A stretch of DNA of 64,000 nucleotides from the sequence record ON212266.1. One strand, 5' to 3'. The notes beneath the pieces were generated by a model, which was given only the letters and a program-made list of their open reading frames with translations, did no database searches and was not told where the DNA came from. This document shows, piece by piece, positions 44,927 to 53,471 of this stretch (its first letter is position 1; each line of letters starts with the position of its first letter). Source of the stretch: Enterobacter phage fGh-Ecl02. The translations under genes were made by a program, and so were the position numbers.

Positions 44927-46537
44927 TTACTCTTTGGTGCCGAAATTACCACCATTGTCTTTTAATTCTGCCTTGATGTCAATCTCACCCGGACCCGTAG
45001 GGGATGCAGGGGTTGCACCTGACAGAGAAGAAGCGCGACCAGCACCTTCGGCATATATGATGTTACCATTGATCGTCTGAGCGACAGTCAGTTTGTCAGC
45101 GATGATCTCAGTCGTTAGAATCTTAGGAACCTTCAATGTCCCGCCGACCTCCAGAGTCTCGCAGATAATGCGCAGAATATTCTGCGCTTGCATTTCCGCT
45201 AGGTCACTGAATTTCATCAGCGCTGTGCCCGCAACCACATTTGAGTAATTGTTGGAATGCAAATGATAGACCTCACCTGTCTTGCGCTGAACTTCAGTTC
45301 CTTTGACCGTCAGGTTGTGGTCCCCGCCGACATAATAACGCTTGTTGAACATCGTCAGGTCATAGTGGTCTTTGACGGACTTGTTGACCACATCACCATC
45401 CGGCAACATTTGCTTGTAAGACCCAGACTTATGCATCCAGTGAAGACGTTCACCGCCAGGGGTGTCATCCACTTCCATAATATGCCCAGCTCGGGACACC
45501 ATGACGTTATTGTACGGGTATTTGGAGCCACCCGCAGCCGGAACCATGGTTTCTCCAGTGTTGTCAATATCCTGTACTCGCCCAGTAGGAGCCGGAGTCG
45601 GTTGTTCCTTTGGAGTACGATCTGGGATAGGTTCTGACCATTTACCATTCTGCTGCGCAGGCGCGGCTGTGGCTGTGTTAGCAGGACCAGGCCAACGATA
45701 TCCCAAGACCGAAGAACGTCTGAAACGACTGACCTTCACTGAATCGGATTGGTTACCACCAATACACCAGACATAGTTTGCATCGAACTTCTGCACAAAC
45801 GCTACGTGTCCAAATGTGGGGTTGTTACCACGCCGGAAGACTACGATAGCGCCATATTGTGGTGCTGACAGTGGAGTGCCCCATGTAAGGTAAGATCGGG
45901 CAAGAGCGGAGCGCGTAGACGTGTATCCAGCCTGTATCATAACCCAACCCACGAACGCCGCACACCACGACACTTCATCTTCAGAAGCACCAAGGGAGGT
46001 TGTCTTGTGATATTCTATAATGCGCGGGTTGTTGTTGAACTTTCCGGCATACTCCTTGATACCCAATTCACCACGAGCGATTGTCATCCACTTCTCTGGA
46101 TCATACCCACCAACAGGTGGTTGTGGATCTGGTTGTGGTTCGTCTTCTTGTTTCACAGGAACGTCGGTGACGGCGTTGTACGCCTGACGTTCCACAGATT
46201 GAACGACCTGCCCGAGGGCCAGTGGGTTTGTGTCGGCACCATCAGTAGGACTTGAACCAGTCCAAGTCCAGGTGATGCGTAAATTCTGGTATGCTTCGTC
46301 AAGGGCGAACCCCATAACCTCAGTACCAGGAATGATACCCGTTGGAGACCAACCTAAACCAGCAGAGGAGGCGTTTGAAGCAGGCATCAGTACCTTCGCC
46401 CATGGGAGTTTGTCCGTAGGCAGGAGGACGGGATCGTCGGTGTGTACGCCATATATGCGGACGGCGACGCGCCCGTTTTGGTCTGGATCGTTGACATCTT
46501 CAACGGTGCCGTAAAACCATCTCATATTGTCTAACAT
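44927..46537 (-). CDS. 5: baseplate hub/central spike protein gp5-like with CHAP-type peptidoglycan hydrolase domain
   Basis: N-terminal WFYGTVEDVNDPDQNGRVAVRIYGVHTDDP...LPWAKVLMPASNASSAGLG matches the T4 gp5 OB domain. Central SWCAAFVGW...GHVAFV Cys/His pair is CHAP-like. C-terminal beta-helix-like segment. Confidence 0.7.
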   Translation of the reverse strand: MLDNMRWFYGTVEDVNDPDQNGRVAVRIYGVHTDDPVLLPTDKLPWAKVLMPASNASSAGLGWSPTGIIPGTEVMGFALDEAYQNLRITWTWTGSSPTDGADTNPLALGQVVQSVERQAYNAVTDVPVKQEDEPQPDPQPPVGGYDPEKWMTIARGELGIKEYAGKFNNNPRIIEYHKTTSLGASEDEVSWCAAFVGWVMIQAGYTSTRSALARSYLTWGTPLSAPQYGAIVVFRRGNNPTFGHVAFVQKFDANYVWCIGGNQSDSVKVSRFRRSSVLGYRWPGPANTATAAPAQQNGKWSEPIPDRTPKEQPTPAPTGRVQDIDNTGETMVPAAGGSKYPYNNVMVSRAGHIMEVDDTPGGERLHWMHKSGSYKQMLPDGDVVNKSVKDHYDLTMFNKRYYVGGDHNLTVKGTEVQRKTGEVYHLHSNNYSNVVAGTALMKFSDLAEMQAQNILRIICETLEVGGTLKVPKILTTEIIADKLTVAQTINGNIIYAEGAGRASSLSGATPASPTGPGEIDIKAELKDNGGNFGTKE

Positions 46538-46873
46538 ATTGAGTTCCGGTTGTCAAACAAGGATTTGAAGGTATTTATGCGCAGCTGATTTTGCCTTATA
46601 TACTATAGGAAGCTCTGCTTCCGTTCATTTTATTTGTTTTATTCGATCCTATTCGCTTCGCTCATCAAACCGCCCTATGCGGGCAGCACCATTCCAATGC
46701 CATGGAGGCATAAGGGCGAGGCAATAACTGTACACCCCAGAACACTCCTTGAAAAATGGTATTTTACTGACAATCTGATTCAAAATAAACAAACACCAAC
46801 AAATGACTCGGGAACAAGCCCATTATAGCAATTTCAGGTAAAGAAAGTTCGTGTTAACCGATTTTACAGTTAA

Positions 46874-46902
46874 GCCAATAAAAATCCCGCCGAAGCGGGA
46901 TT
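46874..46902 (-). terminator. intrinsic terminator (minus strand) downstream of the 47050 gene
   Basis: aatcccgc-cgaa-gcgggatt with tttttattgg on the minus strand. Confidence 0.65.
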
Positions 46903-47049
46903 ACTGTTTCTTAGACAACCTGACCTTGAGGGCTTCGGTTAACAAGTCAAGATGCCATGGCATCGACTCGTTGATTTCAAATATGCTATAGCCGTGTAAC
47001 TTCAATTCATCACACATCACGAAGTAGGATAATAAATCAGTTTCAAACA

Positions 47050-47856
47050 TTAAATGAAAATTTCATTAATACTATTGAATTCGATTTTGTGCTCCTTACC
47101 ACATTTCGGACACTTGATCGAACTCTTGTAGTGGATGCGCGGTATTTTGTGGAAGAAGTTCTTCGTAATGCTGTCAATAACATCTGATTCGATGTTATCC
47201 TTCACCCACTCAACAAACGCTTCTTTCACACGGCGGCGCTCAGTAGCCTCTTCCGGAGTGATTCCGATTTCTTCAGGATTCTCAACCTTCCACACCTGAC
47301 CGTCATCATCGTACAGACAGTCGATAAAGGTGGCCAGCATCATCTCAACGCTTGCAGCATCAGACAGTGCCGTAGCGTCCGAGAAGGAAGGTTGGCGCAT
47401 CTTGAGGTGATATCCACCTGGCAGGTCAAACGTCTCCCGGAAGCCGTCCTGAGCAATGCATTTGACGTTGTTCAACGGGATAGGTAGAGTCAGTTCCTGC
47501 TCACAGGGAACCATCTGGTGCTTTTCTTGACCATCTCCCAGATCGATCGTTTCTTCAATCTGATTATTACACTTATAACGAATCTTCATCAATTCACCGA
47601 TGGAGATCATGCGCATGCGGATGAACACTTCCTCAACAACGCCGATTGGCAGTTTACTGAAAGGTGCGCCTGCATTTACACACTCGCTAAAGAGACTCTC
47701 CATCATGGCCGCGCGTTCTTCAATCGGCGTTTGCGGATCTGACACCTGAAGTAATAAAGTTTGTTGCCCCGCAGTAAAGGCGCGATATTTGATCACAGTA
47801 GGCCAAAAGTCGCTTTTATATGTCTTTTCTGTTCTGGGCAATGATGGTAAATTCAT
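47050..47856 (-). CDS. hypothetical protein with C-terminal CPKCG zinc ribbon (baseplate-region gene)
   Basis: Start at Met39 of the track ORF, GGAG SD. Adjacent to baseplate genes. Confidence 0.45.
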   Translation of the reverse strand: MNLPSLPRTEKTYKSDFWPTVIKYRAFTAGQQTLLLQVSDPQTPIEERAAMMESLFSECVNAGAPFSKLPIGVVEEVFIRMRMISIGELMKIRYKCNNQIEETIDLGDGQEKHQMVPCEQELTLPIPLNNVKCIAQDGFRETFDLPGGYHLKMRQPSFSDATALSDAASVEMMLATFIDCLYDDDGQVWKVENPEEIGITPEEATERRRVKEAFVEWVKDNIESDVIDSITKNFFHKIPRIHYKSSIKCPKCGKEHKIEFNSINEIFI

Positions 47857-47905
47857 AATGTATCTCCACGGTATATTGTAAGAGTAATTATAACGAGGAA
47901 TGAAA

Positions 47906-48430
47906 ATGCGCGGATTTTGTTTTAGTGAAATAGGCAAAGAACTGTCTATACAATATCCCGATCCCAACACAGACTTCTTTATCTTCCTGACCGATTATGC
48001 CAAGAAAGAGAATATCCTCCATGTGGCAATGAAACACGAAGATTATAAGTTCTGTCGGCTGGGTGTCAAAGACCTGCTGCGTTATGGTCTACAAGTGGTC
48101 ATCGTAGACCCATACTACAGCCCTATCGACGATGAAGAAGTTCTACCCGTATATGTTCACCGCAACATCAATACATTGGAAAAGCATTATCCAGATTGTA
48201 TTGTCATCGGCGAACTCATCTCGTATTATCATCGTGGGCGAAAGCTGGAACAGATTAAAAGTTATTTTCAAGAGGGTGTTGGTCAATATAAGATGAATGC
48301 CCTTAGTAGTGGATGGATGGTACTGTCTTCAGCAGGCAGTGCTGACTATATTAAGATGCGTGTCTACCAATACGTTGTGGAGCGCGATTATGAACTGGAG
48401 AAAAGTAATGCAAAACGAAAAACCCGTTGA
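47906..48430 (+). CDS. hypothetical protein
   Basis: Second ATG chosen for SD spacing (GAGGA). Confidence 0.4.
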   Translation: MRGFCFSEIGKELSIQYPDPNTDFFIFLTDYAKKENILHVAMKHEDYKFCRLGVKDLLRYGLQVVIVDPYYSPIDDEEVLPVYVHRNINTLEKHYPDCIVIGELISYYHRGRKLEQIKSYFQEGVGQYKMNALSSGWMVLSSAGSADYIKMRVYQYVVERDYELEKSNAKRKTR

Positions 48431-48899
48431 ACGTGCTCCGATTGAGGAAGTACAACAACACGTCCTGGACCTTATGAAACACACAGTTTCTGATGCCGAA
48501 GGTAAAGTGCCGGATGAGTTCATCGGTGCGTTCGATCAGGTGGCTTTCGATACCGAGGGAGTTCCTTTGATCCAGACGATCGCTGGTATGGTTTTGTTTG
48601 AACCAAAAGCAGTAGAAAATGGCGTAATCGTCTACTCAGCCAACATCGGTGTGGACGGTGAGTCCCTGTCTCTCGAAGTTAGTAACATTGCTAAGTACCT
48701 GATCAAGTGTGGTTATGATCTGCAGGTTGTGACAGCCCACTACATCGATCCTCAGGGGCAGATCTCCTACGGTGATGAAGCGCGCAAAGTGAAACGCCAC
48801 ATCGACACTACCGTGATCCTGCAGAGTATCCAACAGATGCAGAAGAACCTGGACCACCCTGGTCTGATCCTGCCTGATAGCAAAATCATCACCCGTTAA
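48408..48899 (+). CDS. hypothetical protein
   Basis: Met38 of the track ORF with GGAGA SD, overlaps the upstream gene by 23 nt. Confidence 0.4.
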   Translation: MQNEKPVERAPIEEVQQHVLDLMKHTVSDAEGKVPDEFIGAFDQVAFDTEGVPLIQTIAGMVLFEPKAVENGVIVYSANIGVDGESLSLEVSNIAKYLIKCGYDLQVVTAHYIDPQGQISYGDEARKVKRHIDTTVILQSIQQMQKNLDHPGLILPDSKIITR

Positions 48900-48950
48900 C
48901 CCGGCGTAAATAGCCCATACACCAATGAAACTTCGTTATGGGCTATTTAC

Positions 48951-49541
48951 ATGAAATATTGCGGAATCGACTACTCCTATGGCTGTCCATCCCTGTGCTT
49001 CTGGGATGATAAAGACCCTCTTGATTTTGATCATCTGCGCTTCTACGCATATTATACTGTGGAGAAGTACTGCACTCAGATTCGTCAGAACATCCTTATC
49101 ATGAAGCAACCGAAGTGGGAGACCCCAGAAGAACGCTTCTATAACATCTGTAAATGGGCTGAGGCTGTCCTGTTGACTGAGAAGCCGGATGTGATCACTC
49201 TTGAAGGGTATGCTATGGGCAACTCTAAGAACTCCAACAACATATGCCAGACCGCAGAGAATACCTCACTGTTGAAGCAAGCCCTGCGCCGTAACAATTT
49301 CGACTTCCAGATCGTGACGCCATCCCATGTGAAGAAGATGTTCACCGACAAGGGCAACGCGGATAAACACGCCATGATCGCTCACTTCGAGTCACTGTTC
49401 AATGTTAGCATGCGCGGTATAATGGATATGTTGGAAGTTAAGGATCCCAAGCCAATCGATGACCTCGTGGATTCGTTTGCGATAATGGCTTGTGGCTCTT
49501 ACTTCATTGAGAATAATCCAGACTTCAACAGAGGTATATGA
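48951..49541 (+). CDS. RuvC-like Holliday junction resolvase
   Basis: N-terminal MKYCGIDYSYG (RuvC LGIDPG-like catalytic Asp region) and C-terminal PKPIDDLVDSFAIMACG resembling the RuvC DAADALAIA motif. Confidence 0.5.
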   Translation: MKYCGIDYSYGCPSLCFWDDKDPLDFDHLRFYAYYTVEKYCTQIRQNILIMKQPKWETPEERFYNICKWAEAVLLTEKPDVITLEGYAMGNSKNSNNICQTAENTSLLKQALRRNNFDFQIVTPSHVKKMFTDKGNADKHAMIAHFESLFNVSMRGIMDMLEVKDPKPIDDLVDSFAIMACGSYFIENNPDFNRGI

Positions 49542-49852
49542 TGGTCGATTATTGGTTGTTGGCGAACTTCCTGACGTTCGCTTTGTTGTTAGTGGTTGTC
49601 TTGGTCTGGGTGAAGTCGTTCTTCACTTTGGTTCATGCGTATGTGTACCAGATCAACTTCTACACACTGTCCCCACATCGTGACACGAACGTTCGTGCCG
49701 ATCAACAGGCCGAGGCTATCCTCTCATATCAGTTCATCCACATGCGCGATAAAATGATCAAGCGTGTAGTGTTTTCTACAGTGATGTTGCTGGTTATCAT
49801 TATGGTACGTTTCGTGCTGACAACCGTGGGGGTGTTCCATGCCGCTGTATGA
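49538..49852 (+). CDS. membrane protein (2 TM)
   Basis: LLANFLTFALLLVVVLVWV and VMLLVIIMVRFVLTTVGVF hydrophobic helices. ATGA coupling. Confidence 0.4.
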   Translation: MMVDYWLLANFLTFALLLVVVLVWVKSFFTLVHAYVYQINFYTLSPHRDTNVRADQQAEAILSYQFIHMRDKMIKRVVFSTVMLLVIIMVRFVLTTVGVFHAAV

Positions 49853-50084
49853 TTATCAATGCAAGGGCTGTGGTAACGCGATGACACTGCGTAAATCTAT
49901 TGCAGATCGCCATGAGCCTGAATCCAACCCCTGCACTGAGTGCGGAGGGGAGATTAAAATGATCGTGGGTGCTCCCAAGATTGTCTCTGGGGTGAAGGGA
50001 CCACAATCAGCTCCAGACGGCTTCAAGGACGTCTTGCGTACGATAAAGAAGGGTTCGGGTAAGGGGAACACAATCGATGTCTGA
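49839..50084 (+). CDS. FmdB-family zinc-ribbon protein
   Basis: MPLYDYQCKGCG...CTECGG pattern. Confidence 0.5.
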   Translation: MPLYDYQCKGCGNAMTLRKSIADRHEPESNPCTECGGEIKMIVGAPKIVSGVKGPQSAPDGFKDVLRTIKKGSGKGNTIDV

Positions 50085-50322
50085 CGAAAAACAGCCAGCG
50101 CTTGTGATGACACCAGAATTATTTTCTGAAATCGTCCTACTACGCGCCGCCCAAACCAAGGATAGTATCCTTGAGACTTTGGCAGCTGTCTGTGAAGAGA
50201 ACGACATAGACGAGACCAAAGTCAAAAAGATGATTACAGCACCATTGTTGTCACGACTGACAGCTGAGTGCTCCGATGCGCGCCTGATCAAAGACGCGCT
50301 AAAGTCTAAGAAATTAGTGTAG
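50077..50322 (+). CDS. hypothetical protein
   Basis: 81 aa, coupled. Confidence 0.4.
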   Translation: MSDEKQPALVMTPELFSEIVLLRAAQTKDSILETLAAVCEENDIDETKVKKMITAPLLSRLTAECSDARLIKDALKSKKLV

Positions 50323-50329
50323 GTCTATT

Positions 50330-50569
50330 ATGAGCAAAGAATCAATTTACAGCGCAATGAAAGCTGCCGAGTTTCTTCCTGGCGCAATGCGCTGGCGTGT
50401 GGGTAGCCTGAACGAGAATGCTGACCAGACGGATCGTATTCGTTACGTTACCCCTGATGGTCGCTCATATGTTGTTGAGTATCACACGCACGACGAAGGC
50501 AAGAAGACGTTTTCGGACGTGTTCGACATTATTGAAATTGACCCAGCAAATCAAGTGCTTAAAGGTTAA
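50330..50569 (+). CDS. hypothetical protein
   Basis: 79 aa, followed by hairpin repeat copy C. Confidence 0.4.
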   Translation: MSKESIYSAMKAAEFLPGAMRWRVGSLNENADQTDRIRYVTPDGRSYVVEYHTHDEGKKTFSDVFDIIEIDPANQVLKG

Positions 50570-50582
50570 TTCAATGTAAGAT

Positions 50583-50600
50583 CGGGGTATAATTACCCCG
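50583..50600 (+). repeat. hairpin repeat copy C cggggta-TAAT-taccccg
   Basis: See copy A. Confidence 0.6.
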
Positions 50601-50668
50601 CTTTGTAGCAAACTGAAAATACATGTAACAGAATAGCCCTGAGGGGCGGAAACAGAGGAAATTAAGAA

Positions 50669-51679
50669 ATGGGTAATTTATTCGAACGTCTGAAAGCGTC
50701 CCGTGGTCAGCAAACTGAAGCAATGCAGGCGCGTCTTGCACAGCAAGGCCAGAAGTCCGGTTTCCAGAAGGATCCTCGCATCTGGAAATGGACTTGGAAC
50801 AAAGATGGTATCTCCGAGAATATCATCCGCTTCCTGCCAGTCCCGCTGGTAGACCTCAAGGCACAGGAAGAAGGGACGATCGATAAAGATCAGATCCTCA
50901 CCCCTTGTGCCATGATCATGAAGCATCAGTTCCAGGGACCTGGTGGTTGGTACATTGAGAACTCACCTCAGACGTTCGGCAACGACGATCCGGTGCGCGA
51001 CCATGACCGTCCGCTGTGGGCGCAGCAGAAAGAAACGAACGACGAAAAGCTGAAGGACATCCTGAAGAAACGTCTACCCGACACCAAATACTACGCTAAC
51101 ATCCTGGTGATCAAAGATGTCAACGTACCGGAAAACAACGGCAAGGTCTTCCTGCTGGAATTTGGTAACGCCATCAAGAAAATCCTGGATCAGGCGCAGA
51201 ATCCTAAGTTCCCAACCGACCCTAAATTCGATCCGTTCGATCTGTGGGAAGGTGCCAACCTGAACCTGAAGCTCTTTGGCGAGCAGAAGAAGTTTGGGAA
51301 CTGGGAAGGTCTGGTGGCAAACTTCAGTAAGGTGGTGTGGGAGAACCCTGCCCCGCTGAGTGATGACGAAGCGTATATGGAAGACGTCTGGTCTCGTGAG
51401 CATAGCCTGTTTGAATTCTTCAATCCGGCTAACTTCAAAGACTACGACACCCTGGAAAAGCGCCTGCGCAAAGTTCTGGCAATTCCTGATGACCAGCCTC
51501 TGGTTGAAGGTGGTGCAGCCACGATGGCTCATGCTCCTAGCACCCAGACTACACATCAGCCAACTGCTCAAGACAGCTTGAAACAGCAACAGGCCGCGCC
51601 ATCGCAGGCTCAGACTCAACCGGATGCCAGAAACACGGCTACCATTGATGAATTCGAGCAGTATCTCAAGTCTAACTGA
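50669..51679 (+). CDS. 32: single-stranded DNA-binding protein gp32
   Basis: IIRFLPVP, YANILVIKDVNVPENNGKVF and WEGANLNLK match T4 gp32 ([37 protein letters not shown]). Acidic C-terminal tail. Confidence 0.85.
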   Translation: MGNLFERLKASRGQQTEAMQARLAQQGQKSGFQKDPRIWKWTWNKDGISENIIRFLPVPLVDLKAQEEGTIDKDQILTPCAMIMKHQFQGPGGWYIENSPQTFGNDDPVRDHDRPLWAQQKETNDEKLKDILKKRLPDTKYYANILVIKDVNVPENNGKVFLLEFGNAIKKILDQAQNPKFPTDPKFDPFDLWEGANLNLKLFGEQKKFGNWEGLVANFSKVVWENPAPLSDDEAYMEDVWSREHSLFEFFNPANFKDYDTLEKRLRKVLAIPDDQPLVEGGAATMAHAPSTQTTHQPTAQDSLKQQQAAPSQAQTQPDARNTATIDEFEQYLKSN

Positions 51680-51685
51680 TCAAAC

Positions 51686-51712
51686 AAGCCATCTTCGGAT
51701 GGCTTTTATTTT
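51686..51712 (+). terminator. bidirectional intrinsic terminator between gene 32 and the convergent baseplate gene
   Basis: aagccatc-ttcg-gatggctt + ttatttt. Confidence 0.75.
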
Positions 51713-52650
51713 CCCATCACGTCTTTCAATATCCCCAACAGGCTTGTCTTCTCCGCCGCCGTCAGGTTATCGTTGCCCATGATGTCACGAGAGATACCTA
51801 CCGAGATGCGCTCGAAGTCCTGTATGCTTATCCCAGCCAGGTTATTTACAAGTTGGTCAAGCTGTTTGTAAGCCAGGAGAGCCTCTCCTGTGAAGTTCCC
51901 TTCTTTCAACTTGCGATAAAGCTGTCCAGCTTTTGAGGCCGCAGTTTCCCAGTCACCACTGGTAAGAGCGTCAGCAATGCCGAGAGGAAGAAAATCGCTG
52001 GAAAGGCTGCGTGTTTCATATTCTGTCTCCGAAAGCACTTTGTTGTAAGAGAAAGAAATGTTGTACTGGTTGAACTGGTCTGTGGCACCTTTATCCAGCT
52101 CAATAGAACTGAAATTTATTGGGTGAGCCTCGACGATGTAGACGCGGTGGACCACTTGATCTTCGGTGTCAAGCTGTTCAATGCATATGTCAGTCACGAA
52201 GTCTTCGTAATATCCCATTTTGGTGGTGTGTGGATCAAAGATCAGACTCTTCCACTTGTCCATCACAGACTTCTCGTAATAGTCATTAGCTAATAAGAAT
52301 GACAATTCGAGGTCGACGTTGGACTTGTTGTTCGGCATCTTGATGTGATTACCGTTGTTTGTCATTGGAGTGGTGTCGATACCAACCCCTGGCAATGAGG
52401 CAACCATACACATCATCTGAAGGGAACGGGACGTCTGGTTTGTCCCTCCAAAGAAAGCGTTTACAATACGGGCTGACTGCTTAAATAAGTCACCGAAAGA
52501 TGAATTGGTGCTGTACGCCTTTCCGTCATTAGCCAGAGTGGCATTGGAGTCAAAGATCCCTGGTGGTAGAGGGATGGTCACTCTGAAGCGGTTCTTGCGC
52601 GACAAGCCCCGCTGTAATATCTGTGTGATAAAATTGCGATAGTCTTCCAC
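51706..52650 (-). CDS. baseplate/tail-tube junction protein (gp54/gp48 family)
   Basis: N-terminal NRFRVTIPLPPG (gp19/48/54 fold) and EAHPINFSSIELDKGATDQFNQYNISFSY resembling T4 gp54 GCIPISVSAPELSYDGDNQITTFDVTFAY. TATAAATA late promoter 35 nt upstream. Confidence 0.55.
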   Translation of the reverse strand: MEDYRNFITQILQRGLSRKNRFRVTIPLPPGIFDSNATLANDGKAYSTNSSFGDLFKQSARIVNAFFGGTNQTSRSLQMMCMVASLPGVGIDTTPMTNNGNHIKMPNNKSNVDLELSFLLANDYYEKSVMDKWKSLIFDPHTTKMGYYEDFVTDICIEQLDTEDQVVHRVYIVEAHPINFSSIELDKGATDQFNQYNISFSYNKVLSETEYETRSLSSDFLPLGIADALTSGDWETAASKAGQLYRKLKEGNFTGEALLAYKQLDQLVNNLAGISIQDFERISVGISRDIMGNDNLTAAEKTSLLGILKDVMGK

Positions 52651-52684
52651 GGTGAGGACTCCACTTAAATAAAATAACTGTTGT

Positions 52685-52692
52685 TATTTATA
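52685..52692 (-). promoter_or_regulatory. T4-type late promoter TATAAATA (minus strand) for the gp54/48-like gene
   Basis: Reverse complement of tatttata, 35 nt upstream of the start at 52650. Confidence 0.5.
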
Positions 52693-52703
52693 GGAGTTGA
52701 CAA

Positions 52704-53408
52704 ATGGCGAAGAATGCAGCTGGCGAAGAAGATCCGTTGCTGTTTCCGGCCGAGATGGACGCCCCCGAGCTGGTCAAGCGTTACATCCGCAAGTACCGTC
52801 AACACTTCGGCCCAGAGGCGAAGCGTAACATCCGTCGTTCGCATGTGTGGTTCATGGAGCGTGTGTCTAAGGACGCCAACCTGAGTCCCAACCATATGAA
52901 ACAGGCGTTTGCTGATCACAAACGTCCGGTACAAGGTGTGCGGTATATAGTCGGGCGTATGTTCTATTTCAAATATGATGCTCTGACGAAGAATGAACTA
53001 CCCTACTGGGATATGTACCCTCTGGTGTTCTTCTTCAACTTTGTCAAGGGTGATGGTATCACCTTTGGAGAGAAGGGTGTGACATACCTCTGGGGACTCA
53101 ACATGCACTACCTGCCACCGAAGCTCAGGCTGTTGGTGTTTGAGGATCTGATTAAGTTGCGTAACGAACGGGCATACCGCTCAAAGACGCGTCTGAAGCT
53201 CACCTGGGAAGCCCTGAAGCGCTTCGCCAACCATCCGCTGTACAATCACTGTGTGAAGCTGTACCGCGCCGATCAGTTCCGTTCACAGCTTTACGAGATT
53301 GAGCCACAGTACTGGGAGATCGTTCTCTTCATGCGCACGGCTCGCTTCCAGAAACAGAGCCAGATGTCTGTGTGGAAAGATGCACGTCGTATGCATAAGA
53401 AGAAATAG
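52704..53408 (+). CDS. hypothetical protein with strongly basic C-terminus (possible gp2-like DNA-end protector)
   Basis: LPYWDMYPL...GLNMHYLPP motif pair and RRMHKKK tail. Assignment from memory only. Confidence 0.4.
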   Translation: MAKNAAGEEDPLLFPAEMDAPELVKRYIRKYRQHFGPEAKRNIRRSHVWFMERVSKDANLSPNHMKQAFADHKRPVQGVRYIVGRMFYFKYDALTKNELPYWDMYPLVFFFNFVKGDGITFGEKGVTYLWGLNMHYLPPKLRLLVFEDLIKLRNERAYRSKTRLKLTWEALKRFANHPLYNHCVKLYRADQFRSQLYEIEPQYWEIVLFMRTARFQKQSQMSVWKDARRMHKKK

Positions 53409-53471
53409 TTCTATAACCCGTTCCGAGGGATAATTCGTGAACGGGTAATCCTTCAACAATGAGGCTATAAC

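Noticed and set aside
46634-46828. 64-aa plus ORF in the large non-coding region
   Set aside because: No SD, odd composition, and embedded in hairpin and repeat sequence. Treated as non-coding.
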